64,000 nt of DNA from Eledone cirrhosa (taxonomy: Eukaryota), in contig OZ024740.1 in NCBI GenBank assembly GCA_964016885.1, positions 114,080,001-114,144,000 of the forward strand. Reading direction: 5' to 3'. The position numbers were made by a program, and so were the translations under genes. Positions 1 to 13,400 of this stretch are shown piece by piece. A model generated the notes under the pieces. The model was given only the letters and a program-made list of their open reading frames with translations, ran no database searches and was not told the DNA's origin. How positions within the stretch are numbered: the stretch's first letter is position 1; every line of letters begins with the position of its first letter.

Positions 1-85
1 TCATCCTTACGGAGTCGATAAAATAAAGTACCAGTAATGCAATGGATATTTGCTGGCCTTGTGCCAAAAGTAGAAACAATTATCA
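1..85 (+). mobile_element. 3' part of Nin/Deu-domain-type SINE
   Basis: tcatccttacggagtcgataaaataaagtaccagt core and gctggccttgtgcc...agaaacaatt tail, matching the copies at 49808 and 53620. Confidence 0.75.
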
Positions 86-380
86 TTCTACATCGTAATC
101 CTCGATGTAGCATATTAGTATATTTTTAAACACATGGAAGTGTGAAAATTTAAGTTAAGATCTACTACAGCACTAAAACTTCTCTAGCCATTACCCAAAC
201 TGACCACCCTTGAACTTGTAAGATGCAGACAGCTTCTTTCATAATACGATGTACAAAGTTTATACCCTTTACCTGACACATGGAGAAATGTACGTTGGAT
301 TTTCGAATTGAATTACATCAATGTTTACCGTATATATATATGTGTGTGTGTGTGTGTGTGCGCGCACGCGTGTGTGTGTG

Positions 381-411
<31 letters not shown>

Positions 412-434
412 TGTGTATGTGTGTGTGTGTGTGT

Positions 435-504
<70 letters not shown>

Positions 505-957
505 ATATGATCCACGAAACAAAGAGGAAGAAGGTCGTAAGGGATAACGCGAGGCATCATGCATGATGTTACAACAAACACCGCAGAATGATAGCGAATA
601 CGCATGTCAAGCGAAATTGAACCGGGATTTGAAGTGGTTGAGGAATATATACTGCGAATCCACGACGGTCCTAGCATTTTACACAGGACGTCATTCTCCT
701 TCATTCACCTTACTACCGTTGACTTTATGTACTTCGCTCCATTCGCACTCCCTACACACACACACACACCACGCACACGCATGTATATACATCTATTTTG
801 GACATTTCTAATCGCAGTCAGCAGTGTTAACTCCCAGTTTAGCTTTTAAACATTTTGACCTTCACTCTTTATCATATTATACTTCTCAAGGAACTTATCT
901 CTCTATCTAGCTACATAATGTTTAAACACACACACATACACACACACATATATATGT

Positions 958-1031
<74 letters not shown>

Positions 1032-2048
1032 ATGTTTATAAATACTTTCTTTTTCTCTAAAATCAGTCTATATCTCTCCATCGCTATTTCACTCCCTCTC
1101 TCCTTCTCATCTACCCCTTCCTCTATTCTATCTATCCATCTATCCATCTACCCATCAATCTTTCTTTATTACAGTGTATATTTATCTTTATTTTCTCTCT
1201 AGTTGTCTCCTAACACGAGATCTTTCTCTCTCGCTTTCTTTCTTTCTATTTCTATTTCTGACTATCAACTGTTTGCTATCGTGTCAGCTAATAATATTCT
1301 TGACCACGAATTCGGCCGTTCGATCATTAAGTTGGTAACGTGATTTAAGAGCGGTCTGACCAGGTTTCATAACAGTTTCTAGTTAACATTTAACATCCAG
1401 CATGTCGGACACCAATTAATCTATTAGTGATGTGGTGTGTGACCATAAACATGTTATAATGGAATCCATCTTTCAATTTCGCCTTCACTGTTTACCAATC
1501 ACTTTAAACAGTTCAACTTGTCACTCTTTCTCCTCTCACTACTTCGTTATCTATTCTCTCTCAGTACTTTCTTTAGTAAGATAGTTTCCACCTTCATTGT
1601 TCTCCATTTGTCTGCCTCTCCCTCTCTCCCCCTTCCTCTCTCTCACTATCTCCCTCTTTTTCTCTATCACTTCTCTCTCCCTCTCTCTGTCTCTCCCTTT
1701 CTCTCTTTCTCATGTTTGCTCTCTCTCTCTCCCTTCTCTCTTATTCAGTGTCACTTTCTCTCCTTTTATTTCCCTTACACATTTTACATTTACAATTCTG
1801 TACTATATGTCTTGAATAACTTTTTAATGATTTAAGAATAATATTATCAAGTAATATACTTTTGTCTATTTTATAGTTACTAAAGCTCTTTCAAGTTATC
1901 TAGGAAATGAAAAGTATACCTAGTTATGTTAATGACAGTGTTGTGAGGTTAAAGTCAGTGTTGTTAGGCTACTGGCGGATGCATCGAGGTGATGGCAATG
2001 TGTTTAAGTAACTGGCAGTGTAGTTAATTTACTATCACACACACACAG

Positions 2049-2128
<80 letters not shown>

Positions 2129-2219
2129 AAAGTTATATTTAAATTGTTGGGTTAACAACGAGTAAATATTTATAACTGATATAAAAGCACTCAACAAGTA
2201 TTTGGAGTATATTTATGAT

Positions 2220-2281
2220 ATTCGTAATCTTTGGTTTCGGGGTCCAGTTATAACTGGACCCCGAAACCAAAGATTACGAAT
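2220..2281. repeat. Perfect 62-bp spacerless palindrome
   Basis: attcgtaatctttggtttcggggtccagtta|taactggaccccgaaaccaaagattacgaat is its own reverse complement. Confidence 0.95.
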
Positions 2282-2429
2282 GTATTTGAAGTGTATGAAA
2301 GTGTAAGTATACCATAGATGAGGGAAATACATTTCTAGTGTCGGCTTTGTGTAGGCAGCTTCAAGTTTTGGTAATGTGCGTTGGGTACACAAAGATTTTC
2401 TCTGACCCTATCACAACAACATGAGCTAA

Positions 2430-3210
2430 TGTACAAGAGGTTAATCTGAGAGCGATGAGTGGAAGGATGAAATCTGACCCGAGATGTTAAAACATTTGAA
2501 TGCAGAAGTTATTCTCTGATTGACACATGTGTGCCGGATGTCCTGGCTATCTGTAAAGACACCTAAGCAACGGAAATTGGAAGACATAATCGCAAATTTC
2601 AAAAGACCAGACAAGAGTGATGGCTCCAATTATAAAGGGAACTCTCTGTTATGCCTCCGCGATGGAGTGTATGTAAAGTGTATGGAAAATAGATGTACGG
2701 AGATTGTCGGGGCTAAGCTAGCTGATGAACAGTGTGGTTTTCACCTCAGAAATAGCACAGCCCACATAATATTCCACTCGACGGAATACTGCCTAGAGGT
2801 CTATGCTTGCTTTGTACACCTCGATTGCATTTCACGGGACCCATATGAAAGTTGCTGCTGGAGTATGGGATCGATTGCGAGCTTCTTGTTTGCCCTGATA
2901 TACTAATATCCAATAATTTGTCTTCGCATAACGAGTGCTAAGTCGAAACCATTCAATGTGGGAGTCGGACTCCCCAATGGTGCGTACTGTATTTTTTCCT
3001 TCTCATAATCTCCATGAACTGGATTGACACGCACAGCCGGGTTGGAAGTGATATCACGATTGGCAGGTGTAGGATCAGTTGGCATGAATCTGCAGAGAAC
3101 ATGGTATTACTTAATACGTCAGACGGTGATCTCTGACATGCACTTCATAAGTTTGATACCGAATGTTGCACGGTTTAACTTAAAATCAGTGCTGCAGAGA
3201 CAAAGACACT
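2430..3210 (+). pseudogene. Degenerate RTE-clade LINE reverse transcriptase fragment
   Basis: DEI*PEMLK, SNYKGNSLL and LADEQCGF motifs resemble RTE NYRGISLL/EQCGFR; contains stops and frameshifts. Confidence 0.75.
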
Positions 3211-3224
3211 AATAATAATAATGA

Positions 3225-3650
3225 ACATCAACCAAAAACAGTCATGGAAAAGGGTATCATATCCATCTTGTGGGATATGTCTGTGATAACCGACTGAAAT
3301 ATTGCTGCCAACAGACCAGATATCATCATAAAAAACAAAATAGATCGGTCATGTAGCCTTATAGATATTTCCGTACCAGCTGAGAAGAATACATATATAA
3401 AAATAATGGAAAAACTGTCAAAATATAAAGACCAGGAAATAGAAACCAAGCGCATGTGAATGATGAACACAAACATTATCCCTGTAGTAATAGGAGCATT
3501 AGGAGTATGACCCAAATCCTCAGAATTTAGCGTCCTTCCCTACAAATATAAGCTGCAGAAGATCGGGCTACTAGGAACAGCTCACATTCTCAGATAGTGA
3601 AAACATCTATTGCCCTAGGTTTCTAGGCTGAAACCGGCAACAGAGAAGAA
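3225..3650 (+). mobile_element. 5'-truncated R4/Dong-type LINE 3' fragment (family D, RLE domain)
   Basis: ANRPDII, LIDISVP, EKLSKYKD and PVVIGALG motifs; AAT repeats on the left and a mixed GAA/TAC/TAA tail on the right. Confidence 0.8.
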
Positions 3651-3710
3651 GAAGGAGAAGGAGGAGGAGGATAATACTACTACTAATAATAATAATAATA
3701 ATAATAATAA

Positions 3711-4670
3711 AGGTAAAAGTAACTGCAAAGAAAGAACTGCTACAGAAACTGGCTAAGAAATGGCAAGAAAAGCCTCTGTATGGAAAATACCCAAAGCGAG
3801 CTAACAATCCTGATGTTGACAAAACCTTAACCCATCAGTGGTTGGCATCCTCTGGACTGAAATCGGAGACTGAAGGACTGATTATATCAGCACAAGATCA
3901 GTGTCTGCCAACAAAAAATTACCAAGCCAACATAATAAAAAATGGATGCAGCCCATTATGCCGTGTATGCAAAAAACAACCAGAGACCATTGACCATATA
4001 ATTTCAATGTGCAGTCCTATAGCTCCAAAACCGAATACCTAAACAGGCATGACAGAGCTGCACAATACATATATTGGATAATGTGTAAGCATTTTAACCT
4101 GCCCTATCAAAAGAATTGGTGGGAGCATCAACCACCTCCCATACTTGAAAAAGATCACATCTCAATCTTGTGGAACTTTAGCATCCAAACAGACCGAAAA
4201 ATAGATGCAAATAGACCTGATATAATATTGAAGGACTTTAAAAAGAGGGTATGCCTGCTAATTAATATGTCTGTTCCAATAGACAAGAATGAATCTATAA
4301 AAACATTTGAAAAATTGAGCAAGTATAAGGACCTGGAGATAGAAATTGGAAAAATGTGGAAATTGAGAACTAAAACAATGCCAGTGGTTGTAGGCGCTCT
4401 GGGAATGATACCTAAGGGGTCTAATGATTACTTATCGCAAATACCAGGAAACCCGCGTATAGGAGAAATACAAAAGATAGTACTAATGGGAACTGCCCAT
4501 ATACTAAGGAAGATTTTGTCAATATAAGTACATCACAAGTCTAAACACTAAAGATGCATGTGTGAGTATGTATGTTCTTTCTTGAACATGGCGGACCTTG
4601 TTGTCTCTTGAGGTCACTGGTTGTGACTTGGTGATAACTCGTATGAACATAAAGCAAGATAAATGCAACT

Positions 4671-4671
<1 letters not shown>
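3711..4671 (+). mobile_element. 5'-truncated R4/Dong LINE, family B
   Basis: Near-identical to 13392-14351; CRVC..H..C zinc finger and RPD/D..K RLE motifs; (AAT)n on both sides. Confidence 0.92.
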
Positions 4672-4732
<61 letters not shown>

Positions 4733-4733
<1 letters not shown>

Positions 4734-5300
4734 GGGAAGAAGACGCACGAGGTGGCGGAGGTCATGAAATCGCTCCCGTAAGTTTAGAATTTTTAACATA
4801 TTTAAATCATTTGTGAAATAACAACTCTTAGTACAAATGCTACGTAAAGCACCCGGCTTGAGGCCCAAAAAATTCGGACCCAAAATATATTGTTATAAGG
4901 CTCAAATATTCAAATATTCAACTTTGTATTGTACACTGTATATCCAAAAAAGAAAATGGCTATAAATGGAAGAAGAACCCCCCCCCCTCCTCTCCTCTGT
5001 CTACACTATATAGAACAGCCAAACTCACCAACACCAGAAACTAGATACACCACCCACCCCATCACCTGTGTACATTAAACACAACAGCCAGATAACGGCA
5101 TTTTCACCACCACCACTCACTACGGCCATCATTACCACCATTATCCCATCACCGCCGCCACCACCCCTTCACTCCTTCACTGCTACCACCTCTACAGCAC
5201 CATCACTACAGTAATACGGTCACATCACCGCCACCACTGCCTCGGTATCGACATCACCACCACCACTGTCTCAGTATCGCTACCGCCGCCAGTCACCCAC
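4733..5300. mobile_element. Unclassified non-coding repeat X, copy 1
   Basis: Starts agggaagaagacgcacgagg right after (AAT)n and is colinear with 9414-10030; right boundary uncertain. Confidence 0.65.
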
Positions 5301-5689
5301 TTCTCTCAGCTTGCTGCTGCCACCACATTATAGAATCCCTACTGCTAAAAAAGAGGAAGGCATCAAAACATCAAAATATATAGATAGACTCAAAAGAAAA
5401 AAGAAAAAACAAACAACAAAACCAAAGCAGCACAGCAACAACAGCAAAAAACGAGAAAAACAAACAGAGAAAAACAAAAACAAAAACAAATAAAAAAGAC
5501 CCCAAAACGTAAAGAAAATAAGAATGAAGAGAGAAGCAGGCGGGCGGACAGAGAAGAGGGGGGGGAAAAACTAAAACTTAAAAAACAAAAACTAAGTCAG
5601 ACATTCGAACACTACATTACAATGAAACTTATGCTTATTCATTTTTGGGGCCCTTTCTGCCTGTGTGTTTGTTTGTTTATGTGTGTTCG

Positions 5690-8600
5690 TATACAGCGTG
5701 GTGATAATGCCACACAAGGGCCAAGTGGAATGGCGGATCCACAGATGGCTATGTAACCATACATTCGCCAATCCTCGATAAGAGTGTTTAAATATCGAAC
5801 ATAAACAGTTCGAATAACGGTGAAATGGAGACTAGAACGTCATGTGACAGACTCTCACCCAACAGGTGCCCCCTGGCTCAGCAGCAGGAACCTGACTGTC
5901 AACCAAATACTGCTGATGTTGGAGGAAGGAGAAGAAGGAAAGGGGCCAGAACCAACTGGACGAAAGAATTGAATAGAACTGTTATGCAATGTTACCTGAA
6001 AAGTAACCCCAAGGAGAGGGGCTACAGGTGACGGATGCATAACATCTGGAACGAGATTGGTTTATTTAAATTAGATGAACAAAAATTGGCCGGGCAGGCT
6101 CGGGTAATAAGAACTAATGGGTGGATAAGCGAGCTGGAACTGGAGGAACTGAGCAGAGAGAATGGCTTGGAGATGGCGAGTGTAGTATGCCAGACAAGCG
6201 AGCCAGTGGGAAATGAAGGTGAAGAGGTCCTGAGAACGGAGGAACCTCCCGAAGCAGATAATGATCTGAATACTGAGATAAATAATACCTGGAACAGAGA
6301 TACGGCCACTGAGGAGATGAATGCTGACGGGCTAGGACAAGATTCGGTTGACATCCTAAATTTAGTGGTAGATGAATTGAACAATGATAGTGGGAGACCT
6401 ATGAACCTAAGATTTGTAGACAGGAAAAAGTTAAAAGAAACAACAGCTAAGGTAAACAAAGTCATCCCATACCTTGAGGCGAGGAGCCTTCACCAGTGCA
6501 ACAATATCCTCAAAGCAACAGCAAATACGGTGAGGAAACTACTTGGTATAAAAGCGAGAGGAAACAACAGACAAGAAAGAGCAGAGCCGTGGTGGAAGAA
6601 GCGACTGAGTGGGCAAATCGGGGAAATGAGAAATGACATAGGAAAGCTTGAGTCACTACTGAATGGGACACTAAAAAACATAGGCACTAAAAATAGACTG
6701 GAAATAAAGTACAAAACTAGGAGGAAAAAGCTACATATTATCATAGAGGAACTGAAGCAACGCATTGTAGCAAAGAGTGCCAAAATCAGGCGATACGAGA
6801 ACAGAGTCAGTCAGTATAAACAGAACCGCATGTTCGACAACAACCAGAAGATGCTGTTTGGACAGCATGAGGGGAAAGAAAGAGGCAACGACTTGATCCC
6901 TGGGGCGGAGCAAACTAAAACATTCTGGAGAGGAATATGGGAGCAGGATGTTAGACATAATGTCCAGGCAGGGTGGATTGAGGCAGTACAGAGGGAGATC
7001 GGTGAGCAGGCACAACAACAAACTGATTTGAGTATCACAGTTGAAACTCTTAAGGGGCAGGCCAAAAAACTAACCAACTGGAAATCACCAGGCCCAGATG
7101 GTGTGCAGGGGTATTGGATTAAACATTTAACAACCCTCCACCCGAAGCTGACGGCCATGTTCAATGACTGCTTGGTGTCGGGTGAGGTGCCAGAGTGGTT
7201 GACAAAAGGTACCACAGTTCTGATAATGAAAGACCGAATCAAGGGTAATGATGTTACCAACTATAGACCTATCACATGTCTGTCCGTAATGTGGAAACTG
7301 TTGACGAGCATTGTGTCTGAGGAAATCTACCATCACCTCCACACAAACAACTTGTTACCGGACGAACAGAAAGGATGCCGAAAGAAGTCACGTGGTACAA
7401 CGGACCAGTTACTTATTGATAAGATGGTAATGGGGAATTGCAGGAGGAGACACACTGATCTTGCTATGGGATGGATAGACTACAGAAAGGCATTTGACAT
7501 GGTGCCTCATTCTTGGATCACCAAAAGCCTGGAGATCTTCAGGGTGGCAGATAACATCAGACAGTTGCTAGGCAGGAGTATGGGGTCCTGGGAGACAGAG
7601 TTGACATCAACTGGAGTATCCTTGGGAAGCGTGAAGATCAAGAGAGGTATCTTCCAGGGAGATAGCCTGTCCCCTCTGTTGTTTGTCCTTGCCCTGATGC
7701 CCTTGACCATTATGCTGCGAAAAGTGAGAGCAGGATACAAGTTGGGAAGGGGAGAGCTTACCATCAATCACCTCCTCTTCATGGACGATCTTAAGCTCTT
7801 CGGGAAAAGTGAGAAGGAGTTGGATGTGCTTGTTGACACTGTCCGTATTTTCAGCAGTGATATATGTATGAGGTTTGGTATTAGTAAGTGTGGAGTCATT
7901 GTGATGAGGAGGGGTAGGTTGAGCAGAAGTAACAGGATCCAGATACCAACAGGTGAGATGATAAAGGAAATTGACTCTGAGGAAGGATACAAGTATTTGG
8001 GCGTTCTGGAGGCTGATGGCATAAAGAACAAAAAAATGAAGGAATTGTTAAGAACTGAATACATTCGAAGAGTAAGGAGCGTGTTGAAGTCACATCTGAA
8101 CAGCAGAAATGCCATAAGCGCAGTAAATTCCCGAGCTGTGTCTATTATTAGGTACAGTGCGGGAATTCTGAGATGGAATGTTGCTGAACAAAAAGAAATG
8201 GATAGGAAGACTAGGAAGCTATTGACTATCTACAACATGTTCCACAAGAGGAGTGATGTCGATAGACTCTACCTAAGGAGATCTGAGGGTGGAAGAGGTC
8301 TTATCAGCATAGAAGACTGTGTTCAGATGGAGAAAAACAATCTATACAAATACGTGACCTATAGTAAGGAGCCAATGCTCAGAACTGTACTGAAGGAGGG
8401 GACAGTAGGCCAGGGGATGTCCAAGGAGGAAATAACATCAAGGAGGAAGAGCAGCCTTAAGGGAAAATCCCTTCATAGTACCTTCTTTGAGAAAACTGAA
8501 TTTAGAGATCCACAGACATGGAACTGGTTGAGAAGAGGAGACCTCAAAAAGGCTACAGAAGGAATGCTAATGGCTGCGCAGGAGCAGGCCCTCAAAACGA

Positions 8601-9291
8601 AGTGGTTGAAGCACCATATTTACAAGGAGGAGGCTAGCCCACTGTGCAGGATCTGTGGAGAGAGAGAGGAGACTGTGGCTCACATTGTATCCGAGTGTAA
8701 ACACCTAGCCCAGACCCACTATAAGGGCTGGAGACACGATGTGATGGGCAGGGTGATTCACTGGCACCTGTGCAAAGTAAACAATTTACCACATTCTGAG
8801 AAATGGTATGAGCATAGGCCAGAGGCGGTGATGGAGAACAATCAGGTGAAGGTGCTGTGGGATTTTAGGATACAGACGGACAAAAAACTGGAACACAATA
8901 GACCTGACCTGGTGGTTGTGGACAAAGAAAAAAGATCGTGTCTGATTGTGGATGTGGCCTGCCCGTTCGACACGAGAGTGCAAGAGAAGGAGAGGGAGAA
9001 CATTAACCGATACCAGGACCTAAAGTGGGAGGTGAAAAGGATTTGGAACTGCCATGACGTCAAAGTGATCCCGATTGTCATAGGCACACTGGGGACTATC
9101 TCCAAAAGTTTCCAGGGATGGTTAAAGAAAATCGGCCTCTTCACGCTTTTTGGAACGCTTCAAAAGGCATGCTTGCTTGGAACAGCAAGAACCCTCCGAT
9201 ACGTCCTGAATATCTGAGGCTGCAGGTAGTGGCTTGATATTCAATCCAACGGACTTTCCAGTTAACCAACATCAATGACTGAGATTCAAGG
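5690..9291 (+). mobile_element. Near full-length R4/Dong LINE, family A
   Basis: Single long RT+RLE reading frame, short 3' UTR ending attcaagg followed by (AAT)n; 5' boundary approximate. Confidence 0.92.
5825..9217 (+). CDS. RT + CCHC zinc finger + restriction-like endonuclease polyprotein; one in-frame TGA at 6029-6031, 1060 aa open from ATG 6035
   Basis: KSPGPDG, NYRPITC, IDYRKAFD, GIFQGDSLSP, FMDD, CRIC..H..C, RHD, RPD and D..E..K motifs; ORFs 5825 and 6035 are in the same frame. Confidence 0.92.
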
Positions 9292-9300
9292 AATAACAAC

Positions 9301-9335
<35 letters not shown>

Positions 9336-9352
9336 GAAGAAGAAGAAGAAGG

Positions 9353-9397
<45 letters not shown>

Positions 9398-9413
9398 GGG
9401 AATAATAATAAGA

Positions 9414-10030
9414 AGGGAAGAAGACGCACGAGGTGGTAGAAGGTCATGAAATCGCTCCCGTAAATTTTTGATTTTTAACATATTTAAATCAATTGTGAAA
9501 TAACAATTCTTAGAACAAATGTTGCATAAACCACCGAATGAAGTCCCATAAAATTTCGGATCCATATTATATTGTTATATCGCTCAAATATTCAATTTTG
9601 TATTATATATTTTGTATTCAAAAAAAGAAAATGGTTATAAATGGAAGAAAACACCCTCTGTCTACACTATATAGAACAGCCAAATAACAGCAATTTCACC
9701 AACACCAGAAACTTGATACACCACCTATCCCATCACACTAAATATAACAGCCAGATAACGGCAATTTCACCACCACCACCATCAATCCCGGCATGATAAT
9801 AATAATTACTATTATTATTGTCTCAAATTTTAACAAAATGTTTAATTCCAATTTTACGGGAATATGTCAACACAATATATATTAAACATACGAACACAAA
9901 CTCATAGATACTACATATCACAAAACCCAGTAACCACAACGCCACCGCCTCCACCACCCCATCCATCATCTTGCTACCACTATCCCATCGCCGCCGCCAC
10001 CACTCTTTCATTGCTACCACCACTATTCCC
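9414..10030. mobile_element. Unclassified non-coding repeat X, copy 2
   Basis: Diverged copy of 4733 onward with the same sharp boundary against AAT/GAA repeats; interrupted at about 9790-9900. Confidence 0.65.
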
Positions 10031-10265
10031 CTGTTAACTTGAGAGAGAAAGGGGAAGGTGGCGGTATCACTAGACAAGGGAGAGGCTAGCAAAAGATATA
10101 AATAGATTGACTTAGGGACCTGGCCACCGGCCAAACGTCAACATCAACAACTATGGGACTGCTGGCTCACCCCTTTCTCACCAACAATATAAAAAGCCCC
10201 GGCACCACCACCGACATAGCCAACAACAATAACAGGCAACTACAGCAAAAAGTATATTATATTAT

Positions 10266-10318
10266 TGTAATGCACTGGGTGATTGCTGGCCTTGTGCCTG
10301 GAGTGGAGACAATTATTA
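10266..10318 (+). mobile_element. 5'-truncated SINE tail in (TTA)n
   Basis: gtaatgcactgggtgattgctggccttgtgcc...gacaatt, with tattattatt on the left and attattaat on the right. Confidence 0.65.
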
Positions 10319-10403
10319 ATAATTTCATTCTTAAGCCACGCAATGCTCACATTAAGGAACCACTCATGATAATAACAATTTAAAAAAAACAACAAAAAGA
10401 AAA

Positions 10404-13400
10404 CCCCGTGACCAAGAAATACCGGGATGGCGGCCGGCGGGGAATAGCCGTGTCTCTAGGGGAGAACGACCCCTCTAGTCTTGGTTGACACTCGTTCTAG
10501 AAGTGGTAACACGAAATGATTACCCCTTGGCGGATAAGGATAAAACGCGACAAAATTAAGTAAATGTCTAATGATAAAATCTCATACCGGATCGGCCGTC
10601 ACCCGGGTAAAAAAGGGCCGCGTCCCTCAGAGAGGAATCAGACTGGGGTCGAAAAATCAGCTAATGGTTCAAACCTTCCCATCACTTCGGAGCTGGAGAC
10701 CTCCCATAACCGGAATACTCCTACTGTTGGCCCTCCATGCTCACCACCAAGAAATCCAAAGAAAAAGAGAGAAAAATGGTCAAGGGAAGATAATAAAGAA
10801 GTCCTTGAGGCTTTCTACACTGCCATGTACTACCCATCAAATACATCGAATACAGAACAGACATATATCAACTGGAAAAAGAAACATCCCGGAAACAGAG
10901 GCTATATTGACAGTAACAAACTAGCCAATATACGAAGAAATGTTGTAAGAAAAAAGTTACTAACTGATATAGAAATTGATCAGATCAAGCTATTAGCACA
11001 AAGTCAGCGAAGGAAAATGAAACATGTGTCAGTGAAAACGAGGTAACACTTTGAACCCCAGGGTTGGGGCGGAATCACTGGCAACAGAACAAATTAACGA
11101 AAGGATCGAAAAAGTGGAGGGAGTGCATGCTCAGGATGAAACTCCAAATGAAAATAATGAGATCGTAAATGATAAAGAAATGAATGAGAATGAACTTGCC
11201 AACTTGAAGGATAAAATTATGATCGAATGGATGAAAATGAAAGAATCTGACATGGGGCAACGAGACACCCTCCCTAAGATCCAGAACTCCAAACAGAACC
11301 AAAAGATAATACACAAGACTAACATAATTATCAAAAACATTATCATCACAAACAAACTAAACATTACTGATTTAAATCATCTCTATTATGCATCGGCTAA
11401 AGTCACCACTCACTTATGTGGAGTGAAGATGAAAAAACAAAGGAATTCCCACAAGAAATCTACTTGGCAAGAGAACATCAATCGCCAAATAAACCTTCTC
11501 CGATCTGACATAGAAATTTTAACAAACTATAAAGTAGGTGAACATGTTAAACAAACTAAACTTAGAAAATTGAAAAAAAAGTACAGTATAAAATCAACAT
11601 GTGACATAGACATGCTGATAGAAATAATCAAGCAAAAAGTGTCGGCCAAAGCTGCTCGTATAAGGCGCTTTGAAAAACGATCTAGATTCTATAAGGACAA
11701 TAATATGTTCAAAAACAACCAAAGAAACTTCTACAGAAAAATTGGTAAGTCAACAATAACTGCTAAATCAATACCACCCAAGGAGGAAGTGCAAGAATTC
11801 TGCGAAAAGATCTGGGCCGAAGAAAAAGTTCATAACATACATGCCCCATGGATAGACAGACAAATGAAAGATACAGCTCACCTTGAGGAACAAATATGGG
11901 AAAATATAACAGTTGAACAGTTGCGCTTGGCTCTAAGAAAAACCAGCAAATGGAAATCCCCAGGAAAAGACAAAATACAAAACTTTTGGATAAATGCCTT
12001 CACAGAGTCTCATGAGCTGTTAGCCCAACTTTACAATGAAATAGTTAAGGAGCCAGAAAAGATACCATCATGGCTAGTTAACGGCATTACATTCCTGCTT
12101 CCGAAGAATGATGAGACAAACAATCCCACAAATTAGAGACCGATAACTTGCTTGACCACAATGTATAAAATTTTAACATCAGTCCTAACTGAATACACAT
12201 ATGAACACCTGATAACAAATGACCTATTTCCCATTGAGCAGAAAGGGTGTAAACGAGGCTCATATGGCTGTAAGGATCAGCTTCTGGTTAACAAAATGAT
12301 ACTGGAAGATTGTCATAATAGACACAAAAATCTATCGATTGCTTGGATAGATTATAAAAAAGCATTCGATAGTTTGCCACACAGTTGGATTGAAAAATGT
12401 TTAGAGATTTTCAAAATATCCCCCGTTGTCAAGAGGTTTTTGTCATTCAGTATGAAGACATGGAAAACGACACTCCTTTTGAATAGTGAAATAAAATCAC
12501 TGGAAGCTGGAGAAGTTAATATTAATTGTGGAATTTTTCAGGGTGACTCTTTATCACCGCTTTTATTCTGCATCGCACTTATACCATTAAGTAAAATGCT
12601 CAATGAAACAAAACATGGATATAAAGTCTATTACAAAACCATTAATCACCTGTTCTACATGGATGACCTGAAACTATTTGCAAAAAATGATGAACAATTG
12701 CAAGGGCTATTATCCACTGTGGAGCAGTTCAGTGATGACATTAAAATGGAGTTTGGACAAGATAAATGCGCCAAAGCAACGTTCACCAGAGGAAAGCTGC
12801 TGAAGAGTTCAGACATTAATCTTGATCGGGGGAACGTGATAAGAGAACTTGATCAAGAAAAAACTTACAAATATCTAGGTGTTTGTGAAGGAGACGGAAT
12901 CAAGCACTCGACAGTGAGGGAAAGGATAAGGAAGGAATGTTACCGCAGAGTAAGAGCAATCTTGAGAACGGAATTGAATGCAAGGAATAGGATCGATGCC
13001 ATAAACACGCTTGCCATACCAGTAGTAACCTACAGTTACAATGTCATCAACTGATCAAGCACAGAGATCTGTAGGCTCGATACAAAAATTCGAAAATTCT
13101 TAACCATGCACAGAATGCATCACCCTAAGGCAGATATAGATAGAATATATCTCCCTAGGAAAGAAGGAGGACGTGGGTTAATCCAGTTAGACATTGCGTT
13201 GAAAACTGCAACAATTGGATTATCTACATATCTCAGGGAATCACATGATTGGATGATCAAACTCGTTTTGAAACACGAAAGCATCAAAAGATCATATTCC
13301 ATTACAAAAGATGCACAAAGATACAGTAATGGACTACAAATTTCAGAAGTCCCATTTACTGCTGAAATGGAAAACACAGAAAAAGCAAAGCAGGTAAAAG

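Noticed and set aside
280-1202. Many ORFs rich in CV, HT, YI, LS or R repeats, here and throughout the window
   Set aside because: They are translations of microsatellites, not genes.
6022-9144. Antisense ORFs over the LINEs (also 17464-18904 and 20001-21676)
   Set aside because: Shadow frames of the sense ORFs with no recognisable domains.
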